Below are positions 8,962 to 18,490 of a stretch of DNA of 25,799 bases, one piece after another. A program made the position numbers and the translations under genes. The stretch covers positions 1 through 25,799 of the forward strand of contig CACXAK010000001.1 in NCBI GenBank assembly GCA_902765655.1, read 5' to 3'. The first letter of the stretch is position 1. The number at the start of each line of letters is the position of its first letter. The notes under the pieces are model-generated. The model saw only the letters and a list, made by a program, of their open reading frames with translations, was not told the origin of the DNA and did no database searches. This DNA is from an uncultured bacterium (GTDB lineage Bacteria; Cyanobacteriota; Vampirovibrionia; Gastranaerophilales; Gastranaerophilaceae).

Positions 8962-8996
8962 GGGCACTAGGATACTAGGGCACTAGGGCACTAAGA
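8962..8996. repeat. 8-bp-period tandem repeat, copy 2 (opposite orientation)
   Basis: GGGCACTA, GGATACTA, GGGCACTA, GGGCACTA, AG, which is the reverse complement of the copy 1 units. Confidence 0.8.
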
Positions 8997-9048
8997 TTAT
9001 ATTAAATACACAAATTGGACTTTGCCACTTCAAAAAGGAAACAATCTC

Positions 9049-9936
9049 ATGCAAATTTCATCCATAAATAATAACAATACATCATTCGGTCATTCTTTCA
9101 GAGTAAGCATCTGCACCAAAGATGCTGATGGTGTTGTAAAATTTATTAATCCGTCAGAAAATAATAAGCTATACAAAAAACTTAATGCAAAAATTGTCGG
9201 ATGGCTCAATGATGATTATTACAACAATTTGCGCAGCTTATACGGGCTTCCGCGCAAAGTTGAAAAAACACAGCCGGAAACCACGAAACACAAAGAAATG
9301 GCCGCAAAATTAAGAGAAATTGATGACGATTATGCAAAATTCAATGTTGTCCGCTCTGTTTACCGCAGAAATAATCTTGGCTACATTGCAACCGGCGCGG
9401 ATGTTTCCATTATCGAAAATCTCAAAGGATATAAACAAATCGGGCTTGCCAAATCGGATTCTCTTTGGACACAGGGTGATGCACACAATCAATATGTAAA
9501 AGCTCTTTCAAAAGCCGTAAAAAATAATGCATTAGATTTTGTACAACACGACAATGTACTGCTTCATTCCCCGACAAATAAAGAAATTATGCTTAAAGCA
9601 ATATTTAAACCTCTCGGTAAAAAATCCGGAGTCGAAAGATTTGAGCTTGATGATTTTGAATTTCACACAAATTATACAAAACGTACTCTTGCACCTGTAA
9701 ACCCGAATTTTATATGTTTTAAACAATCAAGAGGTATGCTTGAAGAAATAAAAAAAACCATTGAATATCATTTAAACACCATTCTTAAAAAAAGAGTTCA
9801 TTTTAATGATATAGACAAAGTTTTATATCCTAAATTTGAAACTCCTCAGGCAATAAATCAGGCCAAAAAAACCGAACCAAAACCGACATTCATTCATAAA
9901 GAACCAAAGCAGCTGGAGCTTAATTTTAAAGATTAA
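9049..9936 (+). CDS. Hypothetical basic protein with N-terminus MQISSINNNNTSFG
   Basis: Long ORF. ATG 9049 is preferred over TTG 9022 because an AAAAGGAA SD lies just upstream. No recognised domain. Confidence 0.75.
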   Translation: MQISSINNNNTSFGHSFRVSICTKDADGVVKFINPSENNKLYKKLNAKIVGWLNDDYYNNLRSLYGLPRKVEKTQPETTKHKEMAAKLREIDDDYAKFNVVRSVYRRNNLGYIATGADVSIIENLKGYKQIGLAKSDSLWTQGDAHNQYVKALSKAVKNNALDFVQHDNVLLHSPTNKEIMLKAIFKPLGKKSGVERFELDDFEFHTNYTKRTLAPVNPNFICFKQSRGMLEEIKKTIEYHLNTILKKRVHFNDIDKVLYPKFETPQAINQAKKTEPKPTFIHKEPKQLELNFKD

Positions 9937-9941
9937 TTAAA

Positions 9942-12422
9942 TTACTCTCTGAAACTTATTTGTGCATAAGTTTTTTGAAGTTTTTCACGAACGGACTGCA
10001 TTTGTTGTTCTATTATTTCATCTGTCAATGTTGCTGTTTCATCCTGCATTTTGATTCTGAACGCAACGGATTTAAACCCGTCTTCAACATGTTCACCCTG
10101 ATAAATATCAAAAATTTCCGAACCTTTAAAGATATTCTGTTTTACCGAACCTTTAATAACTTTTTGTATATCTTCACAAGTAACATCTTCATTAATGATA
10201 AACGCAATATCTCTGCGCACTTCAGGGAACTGAGGTATATGTTTAAATCTCGGAACAGTTTCTTTTACTGCACCAATTAATTCATTCAAATCAACCTTAA
10301 ACAAATATGCTTTTTGGTTTAATTTCAGTTTATCTTCAACTGTCGGATGTAACTGACCAAAATATCCGATAGGTGTTGGTTTTTTACCTAAAAGCATTAT
10401 TACACCGGTTCTGTATGGATGTAATACGTTATGCGTTTTTGCTAATTCGGTTTTATCAAGTGATTCAAATTTTATTCTTCTTGATACTTGCAATTCATTA
10501 AACAAATTTTCAATAATTCCTTTTACATAGTAAAATCCCGTTTCTGTTTTGACTTCCCATTTGGAGTTTTGAACTTCACCTGTTAAAATACCTTCTAACA
10601 CTCTTGTTTCTCTCACGCCGGTATTTTTTTCGTCAGCTTCTCCGACTTTTATATATGTTTTGCCGATTTCATAAGCCCAAAATGTCTTTTGTCCGTTATC
10701 AAAATTGGTTTTCATACAATTTAAAACGCTTACTGCAAGATTTTGTCTTAACATCGAAAATTCTTCACTTGCAGGATTTGCAACTTTTACAGCATTTTCA
10801 TCATCATAAGTCATTTTGAATTTATCTAATAATGATTTACCGATTAGTGAACTTGTCTGAATTTCATTTAAACCGGCACATTGCATTACTTCACGAACTT
10901 TTGATATAACTTTTTCTTCTAATGAAATTTCAGGTAATTCTGTTTTATTTGGTAATGACGGTGAAATCTTGTCATAACCGTTTATTCTTGCAATTTCTTC
11001 TATCAAATCTATTTCTCTTGTTACATCACCTGCTCTGAAGCTCGGAACGGCAAATTTTGCGGCAAGCTCGTTTCCGCCCAATTTTTCAAAACCTAATTTT
11101 TCCAAAATGTTTATACATTTTTCGGGTTGAATTTCACACCCTAAAATTCTTTTTATCTGAGCATAACGTAATGTTATATCTATTGGAGGAAGCTTATTTT
11201 CACCATCTTCAACAACACCTGTTACTTCCGCATCTGCATATTCAACCAAAAGCTGCATTGCACGCATCAAAGCCGGCTTAACTGCTTCTATATCGATTCC
11301 TCTTTCAAATCTTGCACTTGCTTCGCTGCGATAGCCGACACTGCGGGCTGATTTTCTGTTTGAAACAGGAGTAAAATATGCTGCTTCTAACACCATTGAT
11401 GTTGTATTATCGTCAATCTCAGAATTTTCACCTCCGAATACACCTGCCAAACAAACGCCTTTATCTTTTGTTGCAATTAACACACTGTCATGAGTCAATT
11501 CTCTTTCAACACTGTCTAATGTTGTTATTTTTTCGCCTTCTTGTGCACGTCTTACACACAAATATCCGTCCAGTTTATCCCTGTCAAATGCGTGCAGCGG
11601 ACATCCGTATTCCAGCATTACATAATTTGTAATATCTACAACGTTATTTATTGGACGCATGCCTGATGCAATAAGTCGTTTTTGCATCCATTCCGGTGAT
11701 TTTTTAATTTTTACATTCTTCAAAAGTCCAACTGAATAATATTTGCAGACATCTTTATCAATGATTTCAACTTTAAATTTGTCTGTTGTCAAATCTTTTG
11801 TACATTCTATCGGATTAAATTTCAGCGGTCTGTCAAATAATGCGCTCAATTCTCTTGCAACCCCGATAACAGACATCTGATCTCCTCTGTTTGCAGTCGG
11901 TGCAACATCAATTATTGTGTCTTTTTCAAAACCTAAAACATCTTTTACATCAACACCAATCTGAACTTCGGGAAAAATTCTGTTTAAAACCAAAATACCA
12001 TCTTCGTCCTGATAATTTCTGTCAGAAACTCCAAGTTCGTCTGCTGAACACAACATTCCCTGAGATTCAACTCCGCGAATTACTGCAGGAGTAAGTTCAA
12101 ACTGTTCACCTGTTTTTCTGTCCAAAACTTTTGAACCGACACTTGCATAAGGAACAATCTGACCTTCTTTTATATTTTGTGCTCCGCAAACAACTGTTTT
12201 AACACCTGTTCCGGTATTTACAGTAACCAAATGCAAATGATCTGAATTGGGATGATTATCAATTTTTTCTATTTTAACCGTTTTTATATCAGTAAAAGAC
12301 GGTTTTAAATCCTCTACCGCCTCAACTTCCAAACCGCTCATAGTAAGTTCATGCGCTATTTGTGACGGTTCTTTATCCGATAAATCAACTAATTCATTCA
12401 GCCAGTTCAGTGAAATTTGCAT
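9942..12422 (-). CDS. pheT: Phenylalanine--tRNA ligase beta subunit
   Basis: HPNSDHL, VVCGAQN, IRGVESQGMLCS, TANRGD, RPINNVVDITNYVMLEYG, SARFERG, DLIEEIARINGY and a C-terminal FDX-ACB domain (FPEVRRDIAF). Start reassigned to ATG 12422 with a GAGGGG SD. Confidence 0.97.
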   Translation of the reverse strand: MQISLNWLNELVDLSDKEPSQIAHELTMSGLEVEAVEDLKPSFTDIKTVKIEKIDNHPNSDHLHLVTVNTGTGVKTVVCGAQNIKEGQIVPYASVGSKVLDRKTGEQFELTPAVIRGVESQGMLCSADELGVSDRNYQDEDGILVLNRIFPEVQIGVDVKDVLGFEKDTIIDVAPTANRGDQMSVIGVARELSALFDRPLKFNPIECTKDLTTDKFKVEIIDKDVCKYYSVGLLKNVKIKKSPEWMQKRLIASGMRPINNVVDITNYVMLEYGCPLHAFDRDKLDGYLCVRRAQEGEKITTLDSVERELTHDSVLIATKDKGVCLAGVFGGENSEIDDNTTSMVLEAAYFTPVSNRKSARSVGYRSEASARFERGIDIEAVKPALMRAMQLLVEYADAEVTGVVEDGENKLPPIDITLRYAQIKRILGCEIQPEKCINILEKLGFEKLGGNELAAKFAVPSFRAGDVTREIDLIEEIARINGYDKISPSLPNKTELPEISLEEKVISKVREVMQCAGLNEIQTSSLIGKSLLDKFKMTYDDENAVKVANPASEEFSMLRQNLAVSVLNCMKTNFDNGQKTFWAYEIGKTYIKVGEADEKNTGVRETRVLEGILTGEVQNSKWEVKTETGFYYVKGIIENLFNELQVSRRIKFESLDKTELAKTHNVLHPYRTGVIMLLGKKPTPIGYFGQLHPTVEDKLKLNQKAYLFKVDLNELIGAVKETVPRFKHIPQFPEVRRDIAFIINEDVTCEDIQKVIKGSVKQNIFKGSEIFDIYQGEHVEDGFKSVAFRIKMQDETATLTDEIIEQQMQSVREKLQKTYAQISFRE

Positions 12423-12491
12423 TATATAATCCCTCATTCTATTTTCAAATACAATAAAATACTATTACAAAACAGAGGGATTGTAAATAAT

Positions 12492-12695
12492 TTAATCGCT
12501 TTCTGCAACAACTGTTGCAATGAGTTCTCCGTAACTGTCAACACATCCGTTTGTTTCTTCTACAATAAATCTTAATTCGGGATGACCTTCTATTGCTTTT
12601 TCGGCACAATCCATTGCATCATCATATTCTTTAAATTCGCCGATTAAATTTTTTGATAATTCTGATTTATCTTTTGCTGTATATACCTGAAACAT
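12492..12695 (-). CDS. Hypothetical small acidic protein (67 aa)
   Basis: ATG with an AAGGAG SD and protein-like composition. Confidence 0.75.
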   Translation of the reverse strand: MFQVYTAKDKSELSKNLIGEFKEYDDAMDCAEKAIEGHPELRFIVEETNGCVDSYGELIATVVAESD

Positions 12696-12727
12696 TTATT
12701 TACTCCTTTTTCATATTAATATTTTCT

Positions 12728-12762
12728 CTTAGTACTCTAACATCTTAGTGCCTTAGTGCCTT
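12728..12762. repeat. 8-bp-period tandem repeat, copy 3
   Basis: CTTAGTAC, TCTAACAT, CTTAGTGC, CTTAGTGC. Shares the CTAACAT variant unit with copy 1. Confidence 0.8.
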
Positions 12763-12766
12763 TCTA

Positions 12767-13093
12767 TTATACACTAAATATTTCAGATAATTTATAATCT
12801 ATTGATTTAAAAAACGGTAATCCGGTAGATGGTCTGTCACTTAAATCAAAAATCGGAGCTATTTTATCAGGATTTTCCGTAATATATTCCAATATTTCTG
12901 CATCTTCCCGTTCGGCTTTTTCCGTCGGTTCTTCTTTTACATATTCAGAAATTTTTTGCAGCATTTCTATTTCTTTTTCCTGAGATTTTTGGGAATATAC
13001 ACTTCTTTTTACATCACCAAATTTTGATGCTTTTGTTAAATTTTCGTATTTAAAAGCTTTTTCCATTGATTCGTCTAATGTTTTTGAAAGCAT
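12767..13093 (-). CDS. Hypothetical protein (about 108 aa)
   Basis: A GGGAGG SD precedes ATG 13093 (MLSKTL). No recognised domain. Confidence 0.7.
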   Translation of the reverse strand: MLSKTLDESMEKAFKYENLTKASKFGDVKRSVYSQKSQEKEIEMLQKISEYVKEEPTEKAEREDAEILEYITENPDKIAPIFDLSDRPSTGLPFFKSIDYKLSEIFSV

Positions 13094-13169
13094 AACAATT
13101 CCTCCCGTTTTTCTCATTATATATTTTTGGGATTTTTATTTCATAGACCGATAGATTGAAAATTTATAT

Positions 13170-13733
13170 TTATTTTTCTGCAATCCAATCTATTAGTGGT
13201 CTTATTTCGCCACAGGAAATGTTATATTTTTTAGCTAATTCACTGTCTAAAACTCTGTCTATTCTTAAATTTACCATTGGTACATCTTTTATATTTAAAA
13301 TATTTGTTTCTTTATCAAAAAATTCGCTGTAATTAAGCCCGTCAAATACACAGTCAGGAAGTCTTACATAACCTTCTTTGTCATCGTAATAACATACACC
13401 AAACGTTCGGCAAACAATTCCGCGGTATTCATATACACAACATTCATTATTTATTAAAAACGGACAGGTATATTCAAATCTTTCATTTTTATTTTCTGCT
13501 TTTTCCTTTATTATATTTTTTACATTGTTTTGAACAATTTTCTTAATTTCATCCGGTAAATTTATATAGCCATATGTAAGATATGCAAATTCTGCTTGTG
13601 AAAAAGGATATTCCCCTTTTGAACAACATCCGCTGCATCCCTTTTTACATTTTATATATTTTTTTTGGGAAGAAAATAATAATTCTAATACTTTATCAAA
13701 TTCTTTTATAAATTCTGAATAGTTTTTGTACAT
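13170..13733 (-). CDS. YkgJ-family cysteine-cluster (CxxCxxCC, putative Zn/Fe-S) protein
   Basis: CKKGCSGCC ... CPFL ... C-x-VYEYR-x-IVCRTF ... C. Confidence 0.85.
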   Translation of the reverse strand: MYKNYSEFIKEFDKVLELLFSSQKKYIKCKKGCSGCCSKGEYPFSQAEFAYLTYGYINLPDEIKKIVQNNVKNIIKEKAENKNERFEYTCPFLINNECCVYEYRGIVCRTFGVCYYDDKEGYVRLPDCVFDGLNYSEFFDKETNILNIKDVPMVNLRIDRVLDSELAKKYNISCGEIRPLIDWIAEK

Positions 13734-13964
13734 GATTTGTCGAAAAGTTTGTATAAAAAAATTTTTTTTCTACAAATTTTTCTTTTTTCCTCTTATTTTT
13801 ATATTTTTCTACTTTTTATTTTTTTTATTGTATTTTTTTCTACAATTTTTTTACTTCTTATTTTTCTTTTATTGTAACTGTTTTCAGACTTTTTGACAAT
13901 TTTTTTTTGTTATCACTACTGTTTTATTTTTATATTAATTTAATTTAAATTAATTAATTTATAA

Positions 13965-14348
13965 TTACCATTTAACTTTTTCAATAAGCTCTATTTCATA
14001 TCCGTCAGGATCTTTTACAAATGCAATTTTTGATCCTTTACCTGTCAAATCATATGGTTCATACAGATATTCATAACCGTATTTTTTTAATTTTTCACTA
14101 AATTCATCCATTGATTTTATGCCAAAAGCAAAATGTCCAAATCCGGTACCTATTTCATAGCCATCTTTTGGTGTTTCATCATTATATGTCAATTCAATCT
14201 GACAGCCAGATTCTCTGTCTGTTAAAAAATATAACCAGCAATCATCTAATCTTTTCTTTTTATCTAATTCCAAATCAAATAAGTTCTTATAAAAATCCAA
14301 ACTCTTTTCAATATCTTTTACTCTTATCATAGAATGTAAAAATTTCAT
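13965..14348 (-). CDS. gloA: Lactoylglutathione lyase (glyoxalase I, VOC family)
   Basis: FLHSMIRVKDIEKSLDFY, IELTYN, GFGHFAF and FVKDPDGYEIELIE. SD AAGGAGG. Confidence 0.88.
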   Translation of the reverse strand: MKFLHSMIRVKDIEKSLDFYKNLFDLELDKKKRLDDCWLYFLTDRESGCQIELTYNDETPKDGYEIGTGFGHFAFGIKSMDEFSEKLKKYGYEYLYEPYDLTGKGSKIAFVKDPDGYEIELIEKVKW

Positions 14349-14467
14349 ATAACCTCCTTTTTTGCCATTATAAAGTAATTTTATATGTATGTAAATATTT
14401 GTTGCCAGTAAAAAATTTTTAAATTATACTGAACGTGTGTAACTAAAAAATTTAATCAGGCGGAATT

Positions 14468-16225
14468 ATGGATATATTTTCAATTTTTACACTGTTAGGG
14501 GGCTTGGCATTTTTCTTATATGGCATGGTTGTAATGTCAACAGGTCTTGAAAAAATTGCCGGCGGGAAAATGGAAAAATTGCTGGAACAATTGACATCAA
14601 ATCCGTTTAAAGGATTTCTTGTCGGTGCAGGAATGACTATTGCAATTCAAAGTTCATCTGCCGTTACAGTAATGCTTGTTGGGTTTGTAAATTCCGGTAT
14701 AATGAAATTATCTCAGACAGTTGCTATTATAATTGGTTCAAATGTCGGAACAACAGTAACATCATGGATATTAAGTTTGTCAGGTATTCAAAGCACAAAC
14801 TTTTTCCTGAGAATGTTAAAACCGGAATCGTTTTCACCGCTGCTTGCTCTTGCCGGAGTAATAATGCTTATGACATCCCGCAGTAATTTTTCAAGAAGAA
14901 AGCCAATCGGAACATTTTTGATCGGTTTTTCAATTTTGATGTTTGGTATGGGTTTAATGTCTTCATCAATGGCTCCGCTGGCAAACGATCCGAATTTTTC
15001 ACAAATACTGACATTATTTAAAAATCCATTATTTGGTTTGATGGTCGGTCTTGTGGTAACAATGATAATTCAAAGTTCTGCAGCTTCTGTTGGTATGTTG
15101 CAGGCGTTGTCGTTAACAGGAAGTATTTCTTATATGATAGCAGCACCAATAATTGCAGGTCAGCATATAGGAACCTGTATTACTGCAGTATTATCAAGTA
15201 TCGGAGTAAACACAAACGCAAAACGTGTAGCAGCGGTGCATGTTGCCTTTAATGTAATTGGTGCAATAATATTTTTGGTAATTTTTGAAATATGGTTGCA
15301 TACGTTTGAATACCCGCTCAAGCAAATGGCAAATCCGTTTGGAATAGCAATTGTTCATACAATATTCAGTATATTGGCCGCTTGCTGCTTATTCCCATTT
15401 AGAAAAGTATTAGAAAAAATTTCTTACATTGTGGTAAAAGACAGTGCGGAAGAGAAAGAGGTAATACTAGATGAACGTTTACTTCTTACTCCGTCAATAG
15501 CCATAGCACAGTGCTATAAAACGACAGCAGAAATGGCAAAACTAACAAGAGAAAGCTTGGTAATGTCCGTGCGACAGCTAAAACAATATAATCCTAAAAT
15601 TTCAGAAATAATTGAAAAAAATGAAGCAAGAATTGATAAATATCAGGATGTATTGGAATCATTCCTGCAAAAACTTTCTGCAAAAGAATTGACAGAAGAA
15701 GATTCAAATAAAATTTCTCAACTAATATTATCAATTTCTGATTTTGAAAAAATTGCCGATCATTCAACACATATAATGCAGGTTGCAGATCAAATGCACA
15801 GAAAAGAATGGGTACTTGCAGAAGAAACTGTTTCAGAACTTAAAAAAATAGTTAATGCAGTAAAAGAAGTATTTGATATAACAGTAAAGGCATTTATTTA
15901 TAATGATATAAGAACAGCTTACGAAGTTGAGCCGTTCGAACAGGTAGTAGATGATATAACTTACGTAGCAAAGAAAAATCATATAAAACGTGTAAAACGG
16001 GAAAAAGTTCATATAAGAAGAAATTTTGCATATGCGGAAGTATTAAATGATTTAGAGCGAATATCCGATCATTGTTCGAATATTTCTACAAATATGATAC
16101 AGTCAGAAAACTCTTCTATTCCAAAACATGAACTTAAAAAGAGTTTGAAAACAGAAGAAATCTCAAGTATTGCAAACAGGTTAGATGAGTTTAAAAATCA
16201 ATATTCATTGCAATTAATTGACTAA
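14468..16225 (+). CDS. Na+/Pi cotransporter family protein with C-terminal PhoU-like repeats
   Basis: GGLAFFLYGM, two QSSSA/QSSAA repeats, IIGSNVGTT, and C-terminal FEKIADH / LERISDHCSNI motifs. Confidence 0.92.
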   Translation: MDIFSIFTLLGGLAFFLYGMVVMSTGLEKIAGGKMEKLLEQLTSNPFKGFLVGAGMTIAIQSSSAVTVMLVGFVNSGIMKLSQTVAIIIGSNVGTTVTSWILSLSGIQSTNFFLRMLKPESFSPLLALAGVIMLMTSRSNFSRRKPIGTFLIGFSILMFGMGLMSSSMAPLANDPNFSQILTLFKNPLFGLMVGLVVTMIIQSSAASVGMLQALSLTGSISYMIAAPIIAGQHIGTCITAVLSSIGVNTNAKRVAAVHVAFNVIGAIIFLVIFEIWLHTFEYPLKQMANPFGIAIVHTIFSILAACCLFPFRKVLEKISYIVVKDSAEEKEVILDERLLLTPSIAIAQCYKTTAEMAKLTRESLVMSVRQLKQYNPKISEIIEKNEARIDKYQDVLESFLQKLSAKELTEEDSNKISQLILSISDFEKIADHSTHIMQVADQMHRKEWVLAEETVSELKKIVNAVKEVFDITVKAFIYNDIRTAYEVEPFEQVVDDITYVAKKNHIKRVKREKVHIRRNFAYAEVLNDLERISDHCSNISTNMIQSENSSIPKHELKKSLKTEEISSIANRLDEFKNQYSLQLID

Positions 16226-16240
16226 AAAAAGGAATAAAAA

Positions 16241-16675
16241 ATGAAAATAAATTCAATTGATAAATACAGAATACAACCTTCAATGCAAGCAGGATTATAT
16301 TTTAGCAAAACTTCAAATGTAATATTTAATAAAAATGCAAATTATAAAACAGAAGAAATTGTAAAATTATCACAAGAAGGTTTCAAATATATAGAAGATA
16401 CAAAAACTCCCCAAATGATAAAAGAAAAATTTGCAAAAATACCTTTCATAAAAAATTTGGCGGAAAAATTTGATACATTTATATTTTTCAGAGAAATTCC
16501 AAAAGGTGCATATATGAATTTTGACAATTTTTCATATACAAAAATCAGCTGGGGAGATACAACAAAAAAAATGGCAGAAATAAGAAGAGCAGAAGGAAAT
16601 AGTCCAATATCACAAACTCTGGCAACAGAAAAAATGTTTAAAAATATAGAAAAAGAAACTTTTGTAAATATATAA
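16241..16675 (+). CDS. Hypothetical protein with N-terminus MKINSIDKYRIQPS
   Basis: ATG with an AAGGA SD, codirectional between two clear genes. Confidence 0.7.
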   Translation: MKINSIDKYRIQPSMQAGLYFSKTSNVIFNKNANYKTEEIVKLSQEGFKYIEDTKTPQMIKEKFAKIPFIKNLAEKFDTFIFFREIPKGAYMNFDNFSYTKISWGDTTKKMAEIRRAEGNSPISQTLATEKMFKNIEKETFVNI

Positions 16676-16688
16676 AAAGGAAAATACC

Positions 16689-17438
16689 GTGATAGAGAAA
16701 AAAGATAATTTTTATACATTAGAAAAGACATATCCGATTTCAATGGCAATGCACGATTTGCAGTATCGTATTAAACCTGCGGCATTATTAGATTTGTTGC
16801 AGGATATGGGCGCAAGAAATATTAAAGGAACACCTTTTGGAAATGTAGAACTTAATGCGCAGAATTTAGGATGGTTTTTGGTTCGTTACAGAATAGAATT
16901 TGATAAATATCCGCAAAATTTGTCGGAAATAAAATTCTTTACAGAAAATCGCGGGACTCAACGCCAAAGTGCATATCGAGATTTTGAAGCATATACAACA
17001 GATGGTGAACGACTATTAAGGGCTACAACATATTGGCTGATGGTAGATTTAGAATCAAAAGCACTTGTAAATATAGAGCAAAAATTCCCGGATATTACAA
17101 AATATCAAAAGCGGGAAAATGATGTAATTCTGAGAAAATTGAAGCCAATAGAAAATCCTGACAGTGAAGTAAAATTTCACGTTCGTTATGATGATTTGGA
17201 TATGAACGGGCATGTAAATAATGTTGTATATATGACCTGGGCAATGGAAGCTTTAAGTTATGAATTCAGAAACAATCACACAATAAAGGCAATTGATATT
17301 TATTACAAACACGAAATCAGATATGGCGAAGATGTTATTTCTGCCGTAAAAATCAATGAAGATAATACAACCGACCATTTGATAAAAAATGCTTCAAACG
17401 GTGAAGAATTGTGTTTGATAAGAGTTGAATATTGTTAA
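16689..17438 (+). CDS. Acyl-ACP thioesterase (FatA/FatB-like double hotdog)
   Basis: LLDLLQD, WFLVRYRIEF, TTYWLMVDL and the catalytic motif VRYDDLDMNGHVNNVVY. GTG start with an AAAGGA SD. Confidence 0.9.
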   Translation: MIEKKDNFYTLEKTYPISMAMHDLQYRIKPAALLDLLQDMGARNIKGTPFGNVELNAQNLGWFLVRYRIEFDKYPQNLSEIKFFTENRGTQRQSAYRDFEAYTTDGERLLRATTYWLMVDLESKALVNIEQKFPDITKYQKRENDVILRKLKPIENPDSEVKFHVRYDDLDMNGHVNNVVYMTWAMEALSYEFRNNHTIKAIDIYYKHEIRYGEDVISAVKINEDNTTDHLIKNASNGEELCLIRVEYC

Positions 17439-18397
17439 AAATTCTTTAAGCAATTTTGCAGGTATTGCTTGTATTCATCGTGAAGAGATTTTGGTGCAAC
17501 AATTTTGCATCCGTCTCCCCATCTGAAAACATGCCATATAATTTCTTTGTTTCCGCTTGCTTTAAATGTAACTGTATATGTTCCGTCATCATTAAATTTC
17601 CCCTTTTGTGTCGGATGAAAATTAAAATTACTTGCTTCCTGAGCCAATTCTTTTGAAAATAAAAGTTTCACATTCAAAATTTCGCCGTGATAAACTCCAA
17701 AAGATTCTTTTGCATATTCCTGAAGATTAAAATCACCTTTATCAAAAGTTTTTTCGGAAAGTTTTAAATCTGAAAATTTATGTAAAAGAAAATTATAAAT
17801 CCCGTCACCTTTAGCTTTTTCTTTTGCGATGAGATAAATTTTTTCTCCATAAATCATTCCAAGCGGTTCAAGAGTTCTTTTTTTATCGTGATAAATTCCT
17901 GTTACAATTTTTGACGATTGGAGTGCTTTTCTTATAATTTCCAGCGTTTCAATATTAATATTGTATTGAGGCATTTGCCGAACGGCATAACCTTCTGTCT
18001 GCATAAAAAGCTCGATATTTTCTTCCGCATTTGTTTGTCGTTTATTTGTTAATGCTTTTATTTTTGTGATAGTGTCGGTTAGTTCTTTTTTAAGTTCTTT
18101 ATTTGTTGTGCGTCTTTGCATTTGTTCAAGATTGGCAATTTCCTTGGGCTGAAAGCTGATAAGAGATGAAATTACATTATTGGAAAAACCCCAATGTTTT
18201 AAAGTATCATTAGTTTCAATTTCATCAACTTCCGGGAATATATTCAGCAAGCTGTCACGCATACGTTCTGCTGTTCTGCGTGAAACGGCATATCTTTCCA
18301 TAATATCAGATATTGTAATTCCCTGAACCTTTGATGCCATATATGTTGCCAAATCTATAATATCCGAAACTCTTGAATATCTTGGTTTATCCAACAT
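17435..18397 (-). CDS. WYL-domain transcriptional regulator (wHTH + WYL + WCX)
   Basis: N-terminal HTH (ITISDIMERYAVSRRTAERMRD), RTLEPLGMIYGEKIYLIA, FLLHKF, SFGVY, and VFRWGDGCKIVAPKSL. SD AAGGAG. Confidence 0.9.
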   Translation of the reverse strand: MLDKPRYSRVSDIIDLATYMASKVQGITISDIMERYAVSRRTAERMRDSLLNIFPEVDEIETNDTLKHWGFSNNVISSLISFQPKEIANLEQMQRRTTNKELKKELTDTITKIKALTNKRQTNAEENIELFMQTEGYAVRQMPQYNINIETLEIIRKALQSSKIVTGIYHDKKRTLEPLGMIYGEKIYLIAKEKAKGDGIYNFLLHKFSDLKLSEKTFDKGDFNLQEYAKESFGVYHGEILNVKLLFSKELAQEASNFNFHPTQKGKFNDDGTYTVTFKASGNKEIIWHVFRWGDGCKIVAPKSLHDEYKQYLQNCLKNF

Positions 18398-18417
18398 AAA
18401 AAACTCCTTTCAAAAAT

Positions 18418-18436
18418 ATACCCGTTTTTGACGTAT
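18418..18436. promoter_or_regulatory. Imperfect palindrome upstream of the WYL gene, candidate operator
   Basis: ATACCCG-TTTTT-GACGTAT, lying just downstream of a - strand extended -10 (TGcTAAGAT, 18449-18441). Confidence 0.4.
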
Positions 18437-18490
18437 TGATATCTTAGCATAAAAGCATCGAAAGTAAAAATATTTTAAAGGAGAAAGAAA

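Noticed and set aside
12423-12491. T-box leader for pheT
   Set aside because: The spacer is too short and has no T-box consensus.
4755-12762. The short repeats as a CRISPR array
   Set aside because: Units are 8 bp and contiguous with no spacers, and no cas genes are present.
13799-13909. Lys-rich open frame on the - strand in the T-tract block
   Set aside because: There is no ATG/GTG/TTG start or SD, and it is expected by chance in A-rich sequence.
16342-16749. 135-aa - strand ORF that looks hydrophobic
   Set aside because: It is the antisense of an A-rich + strand gene that has a good SD, and it overlaps the thioesterase start.
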